Below, one piece after another: positions 63,604 to 64,000 of a stretch of DNA of 64,000 nt. Position numbers and translations under genes: made by a program. The stretch comes from Podarcis erhardii (lineage: Eukaryota): the NCBI GenBank assembly GCA_964252035.1, contig OZ176200.1, one strand, 5' to 3'. Within the stretch, counting starts at the first letter, position 1, and every line of letters starts with the position of its first letter. Below the pieces are notes generated by a model. It was not told where the DNA came from and did no database searches. It worked only from the letters and a program-made list of their open reading frames with translations.

Positions 63604-64000
63604 GCAAGTGCTTCACTGGAATATGGAGGTCTTGGGAACTCAGGAGCTAGAAAGGGCATCCTCTGTCCCTCTTGGGGGATAAAGCCTTGCAGGGCCATGT
63701 GTTTTGTTCACATGATGTGAAGAGCAGAACCTCTTGTAGCCTTCCAAAAGCTGTATGCAGAGACAAACAGTTGGCATGGTCCAGATTTGATAGAGATTTC
63801 TTTCATCACAATTGGACTTATGAGAGTAGGCACGGTGATCTGTAGATTCTTGAAGAAATGTGGCAGCAGTCTGTTCTATGAAGAACTAGACAGAATATTG
63901 TCCCTTGTGAGATGGTGCTGGTCCACCAGTGCATCTATTTTGGGTGGGGATATCAGAGTAAAGAACTGACTGTAGCTTTTGGAAGTGTTGGTACGCATCA

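Noticed and set aside
1-64000. CRISPR arrays, operons or other prokaryotic systems
   Set aside because: The sequence is spliceosomal-intron-rich vertebrate DNA; there are no regularly spaced repeat-spacer arrays.

Overview
Vertebrate (squamate, probably lacertid lizard, inferred from the SINE complement) genomic window carrying the conserved gene block STK36(-) / RNF25(+) / BCS1L(-) / ZNF142(+, runs off the right end), arranged as two head-to-head pairs on CpG-island promoters. I resolved the exon structures by hand, and all four genes give open, in-phase reading frames (STK36 26 coding exons, 1324 aa; RNF25 10 exons, 514 aa; BCS1L 7 exons, 419 aa; ZNF142 7 coding exons in window). An intron-containing OLFM4-like olfactomedin pseudogene with four lesions lies between RNF25 and BCS1L. 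The introns hold a young 5'-truncated L1 with a TSD, Sauria/Squam SINEs, CR1/L2/BovB ends and Tc1/mariner-type MITEs. The most striking unexplained structure is a 243-bp TSD-flanked insert in a BCS1L intron. It is a perfect 93-bp inverted repeat in which each arm encodes a minimal hammerhead ribozyme motif of the Penelope-like retroelement type. A second, unrelated hammerhead-like motif sits in the pseudogene intron. Gene identities come from recalled similarity to human proteins; no database search was run.
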